From Macrostomum lignano (taxonomy: Eukaryota): DNA of 64,000 nt. The position numbers and the translations under genes were made by a program. The notes below the pieces were generated by a model that was not told where the DNA came from, made no database searches, and saw only the letters and a list, made by a program, of their open reading frames with translations. The stretch spans positions 1-64,000 of the forward strand of contig NIVC01002285.1 of NCBI GenBank assembly GCA_002269645.1. Direction: 5' to 3'. Below, one piece after another: positions 42,623-55,231 of the stretch (the stretch's first letter is position 1; every line of letters starts with the position of its first letter).

Positions 42623-43780
42623 TGGCTGGGTGGGGCGTCACCCCTTTTCTCTCGTGCTCTCTATGCTTACGTCTTTCAAGTTTCTTTGTCTTTCAAGTTT
42701 CTTTGTCTTTCAAGTTTCCCCGCAATCCTCAGTCTAAAACTAATTTCTATATAAATAATTTCGATTATTGGGGCAATCTGGAGTCGGTAAATTTGATGCA
42801 AATTCAAGGGTCTGCTTTTAGAAAGCCAAACACGATTTTTGCAGCTTCAGAAACTTTTCAGAAACTGTTTCAGAAAACATCTTGTAAAATAAAGAATAGT
42901 TTAATACAGAAGACTACTCAGCGCCGTTCTGGAAAATTTATGCATCTAAAATGTTTAAAAAATGTTAAACTTTTTTTACTGTTTCATTACAACAGTATTC
43001 ACACTATACTGTTAAGTAGTAGCATCAGAAAATTTGCACCGTTTTGAGGTAAACAAACAGAAAACTTATTACTTGAATCAGTTAGCAGTTTTCTTTTTTA
43101 CGGAAGGTACGTAATTTGTGGGCCAGGTGTTTCTGAAGCTCTCTCAACCAGCTTCTCCTTTGATTAGCCCTTCCAGTTGACCGAGTCCCGAGCCCTCCCC
43201 CGTGATGAGTGAGCACTCAATTTAGCGGCATCTTTCAGAGCAGAATTCTGTTAAAGCTCTCTTTCGGTCTTCTTTCAGGTGTTTTTAATTGCCTTTCTGC
43301 AACAACAGAAGTGCAGCAGCTCAGCTCTTCAATCCGTCTGTTGTTGCACGCTGCAGCGAACGGTGTGTAACCATTCATTTCCCAGTGGCAGCTCTGCTTC
43401 CGCAAGCTCACCCCGACTCCCTCCCGTGATTACGGAATTTCTGCGTCTATGGCAAACAGACTTCCTACCCCAGCACCCCTTTAGTCTCCCGCAGTCGGCA
43501 GTAGAGCTGCCGCAAAAATTGTTTCGTTAATTGGAAATTAAACTTGGATGAAAAATTAGAGAATTGAACAAAGAGTTGGTTTTAGAATCACGTGACTTTT
43601 ATTTGATTTAACAATCTTAGATATAACAAGACGAGTAGTATACTATTAGAAAGCCAGCACAGAAAAGAACAACATAACTGTATAAAAAACTGCATTTTCA
43701 GAAGTAGAGAGAAAACAGCATGGCAGTATGAATAACAGTGTCAAGCAGCTTGTTCCAGCATACTCCATCAGCATGTGCTT

Positions 43781-43985
43781 TTAGTTTTGGGCCTGTTGCC
43801 ATGCTCTGAAGCACGGTTCAAGGCACAAGCTTGGCTGCCCGTTGCCAGCGGCACAGAGAAAGGCAGTTCGCTTCTGCAGGCCAGCATTGCTGCAAATTCG
43901 ACAGTGCATTGTTGGGTGTCGCTGTGTGGCAGTAGCTGGCAAGCGCGTTGGCAGATGCAGCGCAGCAGCAACATTTTGCTCGAGG

Positions 43986-44027
<42 letters not shown>

Positions 44028-45540
44028 GGGAGCCTTCCACCTCGCAAGCGCCCAACGCCGGTATCGCAGACTAAAATTCGCTGACATGCTTCTAAATAAT
44101 GCAAGAACGTGCGGGAACCGCCAATGTGCTTACAGGCAATAAAGGAGTTGAGAACAAGTTGCAGCAAGAGATAAGAGGCCAGCTTGAAAAACCACTTCTG
44201 CGTTCTTCTACTTGTCTTGTAGGGCTCACAACTAGCGTCCATCCTGTCCACTCCTCCCATGCTGTGATTGTAGTCTAGAGCTGTCTGAGACTTCAGCAGT
44301 TGCTGCTCCTGACCGCCCGCTGAACCCTTGTAACTTGCACACAGTTGGCCGAGCCGGCACTGTCTGGCATGTACACGGTCTTTAGGCCAGAGGCTCGCCG
44401 ATCCACAATCTTCACAGCAAGCAGATCCCCACGCCTAGAAAAGGCGTTGGATGGTGGGTGCAACACCTGCTGCTTCAGAGCCGCGGGAACGCCGCGTTGT
44501 GCTCGCATGCACTGTGCCTGTCAACAGAGTGTCTGTCTGGAGCAACCAGTCAGCGAGCCGTGCCGAGCAAAACCAGGTATCACAGAAGATCCTGTACCCG
44601 AGGTCCAAGATATCCCGAGACAGTTCTACGACGATGAGTTTCGAGAGCGACAGCTGCTGCGCATCCTGGCCGAACAGGTTGTTTTGGGCCGCAGTGGAGT
44701 GGATCAGAAAGTTCCACAAATAGCCGCTGTTCGATTCGGCTAGACAATACAGCTTGATGCCGAGCTTTGCCTTTTTGTTTGGCATGTACTGAAGAAAGTG
44801 GAGCCTACCTTTGTAAAGTAGCAATGACTCGTCAACAGAAATATGTTGATGTGGCATGTACTTATTTTGACAGATGGACTGGACTTTGTTCAAAAAAGGT
44901 CGATCTTGCTAATCGGATCGGCTTCGTTCACCTCCGTGCAATCGTAGCAGCGAAACCAGGTCATGGTGAGCTGAAACCTGTTACGCGACAGGCATGACTC
45001 ATGGTGGAAGAAGTCCTGATGGTATATTAGATCGGTTGACCAATACATGCTAATATCTGGCTTCTGTACTACTCCCATGTGGAGCAGAATTCCGATAAAC
45101 TTCTTCACTTCATTCAGGTTGCATGGCTTCCAATTTAGGAGCTTCCATGGCAGCTCTCCGTTTTCTTGTTGAATTTGCGTGACAGCTCTGTCTGATCTGG
45201 CGCTTGTCCAGTCGCACAAACTTTGCAGCAGACTGTCGGGAAGAAACTGACCAAGGATAGCAGCCACACCATTTTCGATGTTGTCCGGCACAAGAAAATC
45301 CGGATGCAGACCAGGCAAGCCGAGAAACTCGATAAGTGGGTTGGGCCGATGATCCGTTTCCGGAGTGGTATCATGCCAGTTATCTTCGATGTTGTCTGGC
45401 GGATTCACAATCTGGACCTCCTCAGGGTCACTCTGCTCATCAGAGGAGCCTCCACTGGTACCAGATGCAGTCACGTATGATTCGTCATCTGAGTCGCTAT
45501 CCAAGCCCAAATTTTGAAGGGTTGGATTGCCAGTTTGCAT
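43781..45540 (-). mobile_element. piggyBac-family transposase (about 586 aa if three 1-nt indels are corrected)
   Basis: Acidic N-terminus, EVKKFIGILLHMG..YWST..LSRNRF, ISVDES..KGRLHFLQYMPNK..KLGIKLYCL, GYRIFCDTWF, LTGTV, DYNHSMGGVD, KWFFKL and a C-terminal CRIC..C..LCLEPCF domain. Frame breaks near 44903, 44505 and 44315. TIRs not found. Confidence 0.9.
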
Positions 45541-46914
45541 TGTAGAATATTGTTTGAAAAATTATATTTGTGGAATATTGATGAAAAATATTTTTTTTGG
45601 TTTATCCTCATTTCACAGGAAGCGAACATATATGCAATACTCGTACTGTATTGCATTCATCCCTTTGAAAACCCAAATCTTATTGTCTATGGCAATCACT
45701 TACGTAAAAATGTCTATGCTTGCAATACTTTGTCTCATCTCTTTACACTACGCATAATAAATGAGATGGATATACGAAGCAATATCTGTTTGTGGCAAAA
45801 AAGTGACTTCGGTTTGTCTACCAGTCCTGGGCTGCTTCTGGAAGCATGGCTGGTAGCTATTTTTGGCTGGCTCTGACTCGATCTGCTGGCCATAGACAGC
45901 GGGTGTAGTTAGAATTATATTGTGTCAAGATTTCGCAGGCCACATCACGGGCCGAAATGAAGATATGTGAGCCTAGTCTATGGCCAAACTTTTGCCAGAA
46001 CGATTGAGTATAACATATGTACTCGTAATTAACGTATACTTAAAAGTTGTATCAAATAACCATTAAATGTATCAATAATTGTCACATACATTGCTAGCAA
46101 AATTCATTGTCCGTTACAGGTTCACATCTTGCTTCCATTCACCGCTTGTCTCCTACAAGAAGAAGCTAATTTTAGCTCCATCCTTCTCCAGAGTGGCTAT
46201 TGGGTTGCGCGACGGGCCAGGCTCATTGTACTCCGTCTGGCGGTGCTCCATTGAAACCACCTTCGACTCTGAGTGCAATGTTCCGTGAGACTGCTTCAGC
46301 TTAAGATTAACCATCAGATAGAGATTAATTCAGCAGTTCAGGGATTAGTATTATGACGACACATTCGATCTAATCCTAATCCTAATCCTAAGCTGCTTCA
46401 TCAACAAGCTTGTTGATGAATGGCCTCCGTTATCTTGGCATGGCAGCGGATTTGAGCCGGTTTGCGGTTGTGCGAGTAAATAATTTTTCATGACGTGTAT
46501 CTGTTGACATCCTGGCTTAAGCTTAAAATCTTGATCATTTTCCTGGGAGAAAGTTTCGAAGATGGGTAATTTTTCAGTCTTTTCCGCACAAAAATTTGAA
46601 TTTTGAGCATATCAATTGAAATTAAAGTCCAGCTGCGCGAGTTTAATGTTGGGATGACTACTAGATATGCCGCTTCATTTTATCTACGAGTAAAACGTTT
46701 TTTGCCCCCATCCGACAATAAGCTCGTAGCTAGTGTATTTTCAGGTATTAAACTGTGCTAATAATTCAGACTCTCTGGTGGGTTGCTGCTGTGGTTTAGC
46801 GGTTGTGAAATTTTGCGTTTGTGAAAGCAACCCATCTCTGTCAAGTCCTTGGAGATCAACTATGAAGCAACGTGACTACATGTACTCATACCTTCCTCGG
46901 TAACAAGAATCTGC

Positions 46915-47790
46915 TTGCCTTCTAGTCCTTTAGTGCTTTAGTATTTTAATGCCGGTGTTTTAGTCCTTTAGTGTTTTAGTATTTTAATGCCGGTGTTTTA
47001 GTCCTTTAGTGCTTTAGTATTTTAATGCCGGTGTTTTAGTCTTTTAGTGTTTTAGTATTTTAATGCCGATGTTTTAGTCCTTTAGTGCTATAGTATTTTA
47101 ATCCCGGTGTTTTAGTCCTTTAGTGTTTTAGTATTTTAATGCCGATGTTTTAGTCCTTTAGTGCTTTAGTATTTTAATGCCGATGTTTTAGTCCTTTAGT
47201 GCTATAGTATTTTAATCCCGGTGTTTTAGTCCTTTAGTGTTTTAGTATTTTAATGCCGATGTTTTAGTCCTTTAGTGCTTTAGTATTTTAATGCCGGTGT
47301 TTTAGTCCTTTAGTGCTTTAGTATTTTAATGCCGGTGTTTTAGTCCTTTAGTGCCGGTTTTCTAGTCCTTTAGTGCCTGTGTTTAAGTATTTAATGCCGG
47401 TGTTTTAGTCCTTTAGTGCCGGTTTTCTAGTCCTTTAGTGCCGGTGTTTAAGTATTTAGTGCCGATTTTCTAGTCCTTTAGTGCTTGTGTCTTAGTCCTT
47501 TAGTGCCTGTGTTTTAGTCCTTTAGTGCTTGTGTCTTAGTCCTTTAGTGCCTGTGTTTTAGTCCTTTAGTGCTTGTGTCTTAGTCCTTTAGTGCTTGTGT
47601 CTTAGTCCTTTAGTGCCTGTGTTATAGTCCTTTGGTGCCTGTGTTTTAGTCCTTTAGTGCCTGTGTTTTAGTCCTTTAGTGCTTGTGTCTTAGTCCTTTA
47701 GTGCCTGTGTTTTAGTCCTTTAGTGCTTGTGTCTTAGTCCTTTAGTGCCGGCGTTTTAGTCCTTTAGTGCCTGTGTTTTAGTGTTTTTGT
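46915..47790. repeat. Composite minisatellite: 38-bp unit grading into 22-bp unit (GTCCTTTAGTGCCTGTGTTTTA)
   Basis: Period 38 at 46948/46986; period 22 after about 47460; shared GTCCTTTAGTG core. Confidence 0.88.
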
Positions 47791-48424
47791 GTTGTAGTGT
47801 TTCCTTTAGTACTTGAAGACTTGGAAGTACCCAGAAGTACCCAATCTCACTAATGCACTTCGCAACTTTCACGGGTATTTCAGTAAAATTTGCACGAACT
47901 TCGAGTGCAGCGCCCTTTCACTCTGCTTGAGGAGGCTATGTTTCGAGCACGTGATGCGTCGGGCCCCCGAAGCCCTTGAAGAAGAAAAAGCACACTCGAG
48001 AAGCTCGGACCGACACAACAGAAGGGGCAAAGATGCGGTTGTTCATTTTCTGTCCTTCATTCGACGAACCCAATGCACTGATCACAGTTATTATGTCACT
48101 TTTATTGATGGCCTGACGGTAAGGAATTGGACGCTCCGCCCCCTCCCCAAGTGGTAATTAGCACTCTTTGGAAGCCTTTAAATAGCTTTAAACAACATCC
48201 GAATGTCGTAAATGTTCTACAGATTCTTCGTCTTTTCGTAATAATAAATAGGATTGAATACTTCTGTCATTGCGAGGTCAGCTTTTCCTGTTCTATCAGA
48301 GTGCGACCAGTGGCCGGGTGCAGCTACCGTCCTTCATGTTCTCTTGTAGCTTCTTCGCTGCGTCCCGATGTAGCACTCATACTTCATTGCACGATTCTCC
48401 ACAATGTCTACCTTCCTACTATAG

Positions 48425-48945
48425 CTGGTGTGGAAGCCAGTTAGTAAGCTGCATGGTGCGGAAGCTGGTGTGGAAGCTGGTGGGAAAGCTGGTGTGAAAG
48501 CCAGTCATGAAGCTGGTGTGGAAGCTGGTGTGGAAGCCAGTCAGGAAGCTGGTGCCGAAACTGGTGTGGAAGCTGGTCAGGAAGCTGATGTGGAAGCTGG
48601 TCAAGAAGCTGGTCAGGAAGCTGGTGTGGAAGCTGGTGTGGAAGCCAGTCAGGAAGCTTGTGTGGAAGCTGGCGTGAAAGCCAGTTAGGAAGCTGGTGCC
48701 GAAACTGGTGTGGAAGCTGGTCAGGAAGCTGATGTGGAAGCTGGTCAAGAAGCTGGTCAGGAAGCTGGTGTGGAAGTTGGTCAGGAAGCTGGTGTGAAAG
48801 CTTGTGTAAAAGCCAGTCATGAAGCTGGTGTGGAAGCCAGTCAGGAAGCTGGTGTGGAAGCTGGTGTGGAAGCTGGTGTGAAAGCCAGTCAGAAAGCCAG
48901 TCAGAAAGCTGGTCAGGAAGCTGGTCAGGAAGCTGGTGTGAAGGT
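48425..48945. repeat. 12-bp-based repeat (GGAAGCTGGTGT / GGAAGCTGGTCA)
   Basis: About 43 variant units. Confidence 0.88.
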
Positions 48946-49164
48946 CAGCTCGCATATCCAGCAATCCCAGTCGAATTCTGAGTCTTCATTGGAGTGCCGA
49001 GTGCCGAACTGATCGGCCATTGGTCGGCAGAAATTCCTTCAACCCTTGCCCAATTCCCCAAAAAGCCAAGGCAGAGCCGATGGGCAAGGAAAAAGTCACG
49101 CGAAGAGAGGAGCTTAAATTAGCCTGCCGCAGAAAGATCCAGCAACGCAACTGCACCGGCTCCG

Positions 49165-52100
49165 ATGATGGAGTCGAACTCGAGCCTGTCGGGCGGAGCT
49201 GCGCTGCACAGCCAGGCCATGAGCAGCGGCAAGGTGGCCGCCACGGCTGTCTACCTGCTGATTGTGGCCGTCGGCCTGTTCGGAAACAGCCTGGTGATCA
49301 TCACGGTGCTCATCGATCGGCGAATGCGGGCGAGCGTCACCAATCTGTACATTCTGAACCTGGCTGCCGCCGACCTGTTGTCCCTGCTGCTGGCGGTCTG
49401 GCAGATTGTGCTGCACCTCCTGTCCGAGGAGTGGCTGCTGGGGCTGGCGCTGTGCAAGGCGCAGCGGTTCGCCATGACAACAGCACTGTATGCCTCTGTC
49501 ATCACTCTCACCATCGTCTGTGTGGAGCGGTGAGTTTGTAGGGGAGCTTTAACTCAAGCAGTAATGCTATTTCTATGACCCATGTGCCCTCACACAGGCA
49601 CATGCTCACAGGGGGTACAGCGCCCTGATGTTCTCATTATACAATCTATGTGCCTTGGTGGTTGGCCTTCGTGTGCGTGAATCTATTAGCTTGCACAGCA
49701 GTCCCTGACAGCAGTCCCTGACAGCAGTCCCTGACAGCAGTCCCTGACAGCAGTCCCTGACAGCAGTCCCTGACAGCAGTCCCTGACAGCAGTCCCTGAC
49801 AGCAGTCCCTGACAGCAGCCAGTCCCTGACAGAAATCCCTGACAGCAGTCCCTGACAGCAGTCTCTGACAGCAGTCCCTGACAGCAGTCCCTGACAACAG
49901 TCTCTGACAGCAGTCCCTGACAGCAGTCCCTGACAGCAGTCCCTGACAGCAGTCCCTGACAGCAGCCAGTCCCTGAGAGCAATCTTTGACAGCAGTCCCT
50001 GACAGCAGTCTCTGACAGCAGTCCCTGACAGCAGCCAGTCCCTGAGAGCAATCTTTGACAGCAGTCTCTGACAGCAGTCCCTGACAGCAGTCCCTGACAG
50101 CAGTCCCTGACAGCAGTCCCTGACAACAGTCCCTGACAGCAGTCCCTGACAGCAGTCCCTGACAGCAGTCCCTGACAGCAGTCCCTGACAGCAGTCCCTG
50201 ACAGCAGTCCCTGACAGCAGCCAGTCCCTGGCAGAAATCCCTGACAGCAGTCCCTGACAGCAGTCTCTGACAGCAGTCCCTGACAGCAGTCCCTGACAAC
50301 AGTCTCTGACAGCAGTCCCTGACAGCAGTCCCTGACAGCAGTCCCTGACAGCAGTCCCTGACAGCAGTCCCTGACAGCAGCCAGTCCCTGAGAGCAATCT
50401 CTGACAGCAGTCCCTGACAGCAGTCCCTGACAGCGGTCCCTGACAGCAGTCCCTGACAGCAGTCCCTGACAGCAGTTGGCCTACAACAGCCAGTGAAGGC
50501 CATTTAAATCCGGAAGCTTCAGATAAGGAAGCGGGGTTCGCACCTCGGTGGCACCTGACGGATTTGACGGATTCGGGTGAACCGGAAGCGACGCCCTGGA
50601 TTAACTATAGTCCCAGCTTTTCTGCAAGCGCCGCAGTCAGCTCTGGACCGACAAGCTTAAGTCGGACAGGTCAATTCAGCAAATTGATTCTGTGTTGCAG
50701 CTAGAATCGCCAGTCAATAATTCATCAGCCTGATGGCTTCCTCTGCAGCCTCCCCTGCGCTGCCCCATCGGCTGATAAAAAACACAGCGGCTCCGCTCCC
50801 CGCTCGGCAACCGAGATCGAACAGATTCTTTTGATATCCTTGAAGCTTTCCCAGTTCAGAATAAAAAAGGCCTAAGACATGCGCTCCGACCGTAGCTCGT
50901 ACATCATGTCACGGAGTTCTTGGAAGGCCTTCTCCAGTGTCTCATCTGGCCTCATCTGGTCGAATCATCTAAGACTCATTTAAAACTCAGTCCAACATTC
51001 ATTGCTACATGCATTGACGTTTGATCTGAGCTGCCGAAAAAGCCTTGCAAGAAGCCAGAGCTTCAAGAAAACGAGGAACAATCTCGCAATGTCCCCTTCC
51101 CGACCGAGAAAAGTTTAAGAAGACGAGTAGAAATCGGAGCTCCGGCTTTTCTCCGCCAAAATCTCACAGTCCCTGGGGAGAAGTTCGGGATTTGAAATTC
51201 GAGCGGAGCCAGCAGAAACCATCAGGAAGTTGAAATCTTACAGGGCCAGGCCAGAACCCTCCTCTATCTGGCGGATTCTGGCGGCAGTTCGCCAATCCAT
51301 TAGTCAGGCTCCGAAGTCTCCGGAAAATGGGGCTCCCTACGCTCAGTGAACTTGTTTTCAGCTGAGTAGTACTCGAAGGAGTTGAGGAACATCTACCCCG
51401 AACAATGCTCTCAAAATGAATATGGGAATCAGTGTAGAGCGTAAATCATTGAGTATGAGTATGGGCAGTTTATCAATTATTTAGAGAATTCAGGCAATCG
51501 AGTTGAGTCATTGGTGCAGAATCCTTACTTGAGAATAGATATGTATTTATGCTTCGGCTTTGGGGAAAAAGGAAAAGGAGGGCCGCAGAAGTCCCATTAG
51601 GCAGCCAAGCAGATCCCACGCACCAGACTGGCGGAGATTCTGTGCTGCAGAAAGGGTGGGTTGGGAGTCACGAGGACGAACTGTCAGCTCTGCTTGAGCT
51701 GGCGGAAGCAGAGCGCTGACAGACTGGGGGCTTTCTGTCTTCAGCAAAAGTGGCAACGGATGTCCTGGGTTTTCTTTTCCTTTCGTTTCCTGGAACTTTT
51801 AGAAAATTCAAGTTTGCTGACAGATTCTGTTAAACATTGTTTAGCTATTTCTCTGTAGCAGTTGAGTGTCATTATTAAAATAGATAAGAAAAAGTCCTAC
51901 GAAAATAAGCGTGATCTCGATCTAGGCAACGATGGGTGGGGTGTCAGTGACACAACAAGTGACCGGTGTGGGGTATCAGTGACCCAGCAAGTGACCAGTG
52001 TGGGGTGTCAGTGACACAGCAAGTGACCGGTGTGGGGTATCAGTGACACAGCAAGTGACCAGTGTGGGGTGTCAGTGACACAGCAAGTGACCGGTGTGGG

Positions 52101-53404
52101 GTATCAGTGACACAGCAAGTGACCAGTGTGGGGTGTCAGTGACACAGCAAGTGACCAGTGTGGGGTATCAGTGACCCAGCAAGTGACCAGTGTGGGGTGT
52201 CAGTGACACAGCAAGTGACCAGTGTGGGGTATCAGTGACACAGCAAGTGACCAGTGTGGGGTGTCAGTGACACAGCAAGTGACCGGTGTGGGGTATCAGT
52301 GACACAGCAAGTGACCAGTGTGGGGTGTCAGTGACACAGCAAGTGACCAGTGTGGGGTATCAGTGACCCAGCAAGTGACCAGTGTGGGGTGTCAGTGACA
52401 CAGCAAGTGACCAGTGTGGGGTATCAGTGACCCAGCAAGTGACCAGTGTGGGGTGTCAGTGACACAGCAAGTGACCGGTGTGGGGTGTCAGTGACACAGC
52501 AAGTGACCGGTGTGGGGTGTCAGTGACACAGCAAGTGACCGGTGTGGGGTGTCAGAGGCGGTGTCAGCCAGTACAAGCAGGTCCGGCCCACCGCACCCGC
52601 AGCTACGTGGCCATCGTGCACCCGATGCGCGCCCACCTGCTGTTCTCCCGCCGCCGCGCCCTGCTGAGCATCCTGGCCTGCTGGCTGCTCGGCCTCGCCC
52701 TGGCCAGCCAGAGCCTCGCCTTCCTCGCCGTGGTGCCGCAGTCGCCGGGCGGCCGGCTGCGCTGCTTCGCCAAGTACGGCGCCACCAGGCAGGAGCACGA
52801 GGCCGCGATGAAGTGGGTCGGCGCCGCCGAGATCTGCCTTTTCTACTTCCTGCCGCTGGGCCTGCAGATCGTGCTGTACAGGCGGATGACCCTCGCCCTG
52901 TTCGGCGGCGGCGGCGGCGGTCAGGGCGGCGGGCCTGGCCGAGACCAGAGCCAGCCGAGGAAAAACAACGAAGCGAGCAGCACGGCCGGGCGCAAGCAGG
53001 TGGTGAAGATGCTGATCGCCTGCGTTGCCGTATACTTTGTGTGCTACCTGTCCAAGCTGCTGGAGGTCCTGTTCAACATCATCGACTTCCATCCCATCCG
53101 GCGGGACAGCGCCCAGGTGATCACCATGGCGATGGTGTACGCCAATTCCGCTGTGAACCCGCTGCTGTACACCGTGTTCAGCAGCAACTTCCGGCACCAG
53201 TTCCGGCTGACGTTTCGGCGCTGCTTCGGCCGGAAAAGCGGCGACGGAGGTGCCGCAGCTCTGGGAGGGCCCGGAAGGCGGTTCGACAGCCTGGCCAGCA
53301 ACAGAGGCGCCGGGATGCTGCAGCAGCAGCCGCAGCCGCAGAAGGCTTCGCTCAAGACTGAGGCTGCCGATCCCAGCATTCCAATGCTGCCTGTGGAGCC
53401 ATGA
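49165..53404 (+). CDS. Class A (rhodopsin-like) GPCR, peptide-receptor type, ligand unknown; exons 49165-49529 and 52603-53404; 388 aa
   Basis: GN(TM1), NLAAADL(TM2), W..G...CK, ER|YVAIVHP (intron splits ERY, phase 2), CW(TM4), FLPL(TM5), RKQVVKML(TM6), NSAVNPLLY..FSSNFR(TM7/H8). Exons total 1167 nt. Confidence 0.93.
49695..50475. repeat. 13-bp minisatellite (CAGCAGTCCCTGA) in GPCR intron
   Basis: About 58 copies. Confidence 0.93.
51935..52555. repeat. 32-bp minisatellite (CAGTGACACAGCAAGTGACCAGTGTGGGGTGT) in GPCR intron
   Basis: Period 32 (52201, 52233); about 19 copies. Confidence 0.93.
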
Positions 53405-53544
53405 GTTACTTGGCTCTGGCAAGCTGAGGATGAGGAGAAAAGGATATTTCTAGTTTTTACTCACAACTCAATGAACTTCAATTATGCGACTTTGTTACTC
53501 ACTAAATTCTGCGACTCATCCTATTCAATGCCTCGTCTGATTCT

Positions 53545-53735
53545 AGGCCTCACATGATTCTATGACTCATACGATTCTGTGACTCATCTGATTCTAGGCC
53601 CCACATGATTCTATGACTCATACGATTCTGTGACTCATCTGATTCTAGGCCCCACATGATTCTATGACTCATACGATTCTGTGACTCATCTGATTCTATG
53701 ACTCATCTGATTCTATGACTCATCCGACTCTACGA
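53545..53735. repeat. Degenerate 17/50-bp tandem repeat (ATTCTATGACTCATCTG)
   Basis: Repeated GATTCT(A/G)TGACTCAT core. Confidence 0.75.
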
Positions 53736-54584
53736 CTCAAAAAATTCTTAGACTCCTCCAACTCACTGATATCTGATCCGCATGTGACTCCCGCTACTGC
53801 GACTTTTTTAATCAACTACTTATAAAAGCGTTGGAAATGTCTCTATTGAAAACTGATGGTCAGCGAGGACCTCAAAATGAAATACTTTTTATTGAAATCC
53901 TAATCTACTCAAAATGCTGCTCTCTGTGCTTATACTCTACACAATCGCTTTTGTTGTTGGTCCATCAGCAAATTATAACCATTTTTGTTGTTTCGCCTCT
54001 AAATGAGATAATCGAGCGAGCGTAAAAAATTAACAGACTAACAAATCAACCCCGTGTACCATTTTAAATCGTTTTGGACCGAAATTCCTAAGTTAATGCA
54101 CCAATTTCCTGTAAAACTTATGCGGCAAAACTGAATTCCACCGCGTCTGTCAGAGAAATTCGAGTTCGGGTTTTCGCTTTTCTCGTTTTTTAGCCTCGTG
54201 ACTTTGCGATGGAAATGGCTGCGCAGATTATAAATGCAAATCAAGACTCCATTGGGGATTTCCCCATTAAATTTTAACAAAACTCCCGGGCTAAGGTTAG
54301 GGTTAGGTTGAGTTTTGAAAGTTGCATGAAATCAATTCTGTGGCAGATGCAGCCATCTGGAATTCATCAGATAATTAAGTCAGCTCATTGCTAAACTATT
54401 TAAAACCCAACTGTACAAGCAACTCTTTAATAATTATGTTAATATTATGATTATTATTTTAGTCTGAGCAAACCTGCAATGCAATCTTATATAGTACCAC
54501 AAGAACTTTATAAAGAGCTGTGTAGTCTTTTGCCAGCTTCAAAAGTGAGTGTCATTTCCAGGCTGCATAAAGTCCAGCGGATGA

Positions 54585-54850
54585 GCCAGGGTGCAGCCTG
54601 GTGGTTAGAGCGTCAGACTCACGACTTGACGGTCGGGGGTTCGATTCCCGATCCCATCGGAACAATTTGTGTCCTTGAGCAAGACACTTAACTCTGCATT
54701 GCTTCAGTTCACCCAGCTGGGGTAACTGAGGGTGTGTGTGGCGACCCCCAAGTCTTCAGATGCGCCGCGTAATGGTTGCGGCTGAGCTGTCGGTTGCACA
54801 TCTGCCCATTGGGGCAGGTGTAATTAATTATTATTATAATATTATTATAA
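54585..54850 (+). mobile_element. tRNA-derived SINE with CORE-like central domain and (TTA)n tail
   Basis: A-box-like TGGTTAGAGCG and B-box GGTTCGATTCC, then TGTGTCCTTGAGCAAGACACTTAACTCT..GCTTCAGTTCACCCAG (resembles CORE TGTGACCTTGGGCAAGTCACTTAACCTCT..CCTCAGTTTC), then an AT-rich simple-repeat tail. Confidence 0.75.
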
Positions 54851-55231
54851 ATTGCGCTTTTGGATACTATAAATAAATTTTTAAATATTTTAAGCTAATA
54901 GATGGTCTGTCTAAACCTGTATTTTTCCATGTGCGACTGCAAATTATACTTAATCTGTGAAACTATAACTAAGATACGCACCCTAAGATTAAAGCTATCA
55001 TTAGCGCCTTTCCAAGAAATGACTTGCAACGAGCGGCACGCCGAAAGAGATGAAGACAATGCGAGATAGAGGAAGCTGAATTGCAAAGGTCAGCGCTTGG
55101 CTTCAAAAATTTTATATGCGCCCACACGGAGGCGTATTGAGGCCTCAGTTCCTGTAATGATTTGCCAGATGAGGTTGATGTCCACATGGGAGGGGGGCTT
55201 CACTTCGATACCGTTCCGAGATGAAATTGGC

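Noticed and set aside
45887-45986. 11-bp inverted repeat TGGCCATAGAC/GTCTATGGCCA as a piggyBac end
   Set aside because: Not flanked by TTAA and no matching sequence at the other side of the transposase.
50500-51900. Unique sequence in the GPCR intron with coding-like patches
   Set aside because: Only short broken frames; no recognisable domain.
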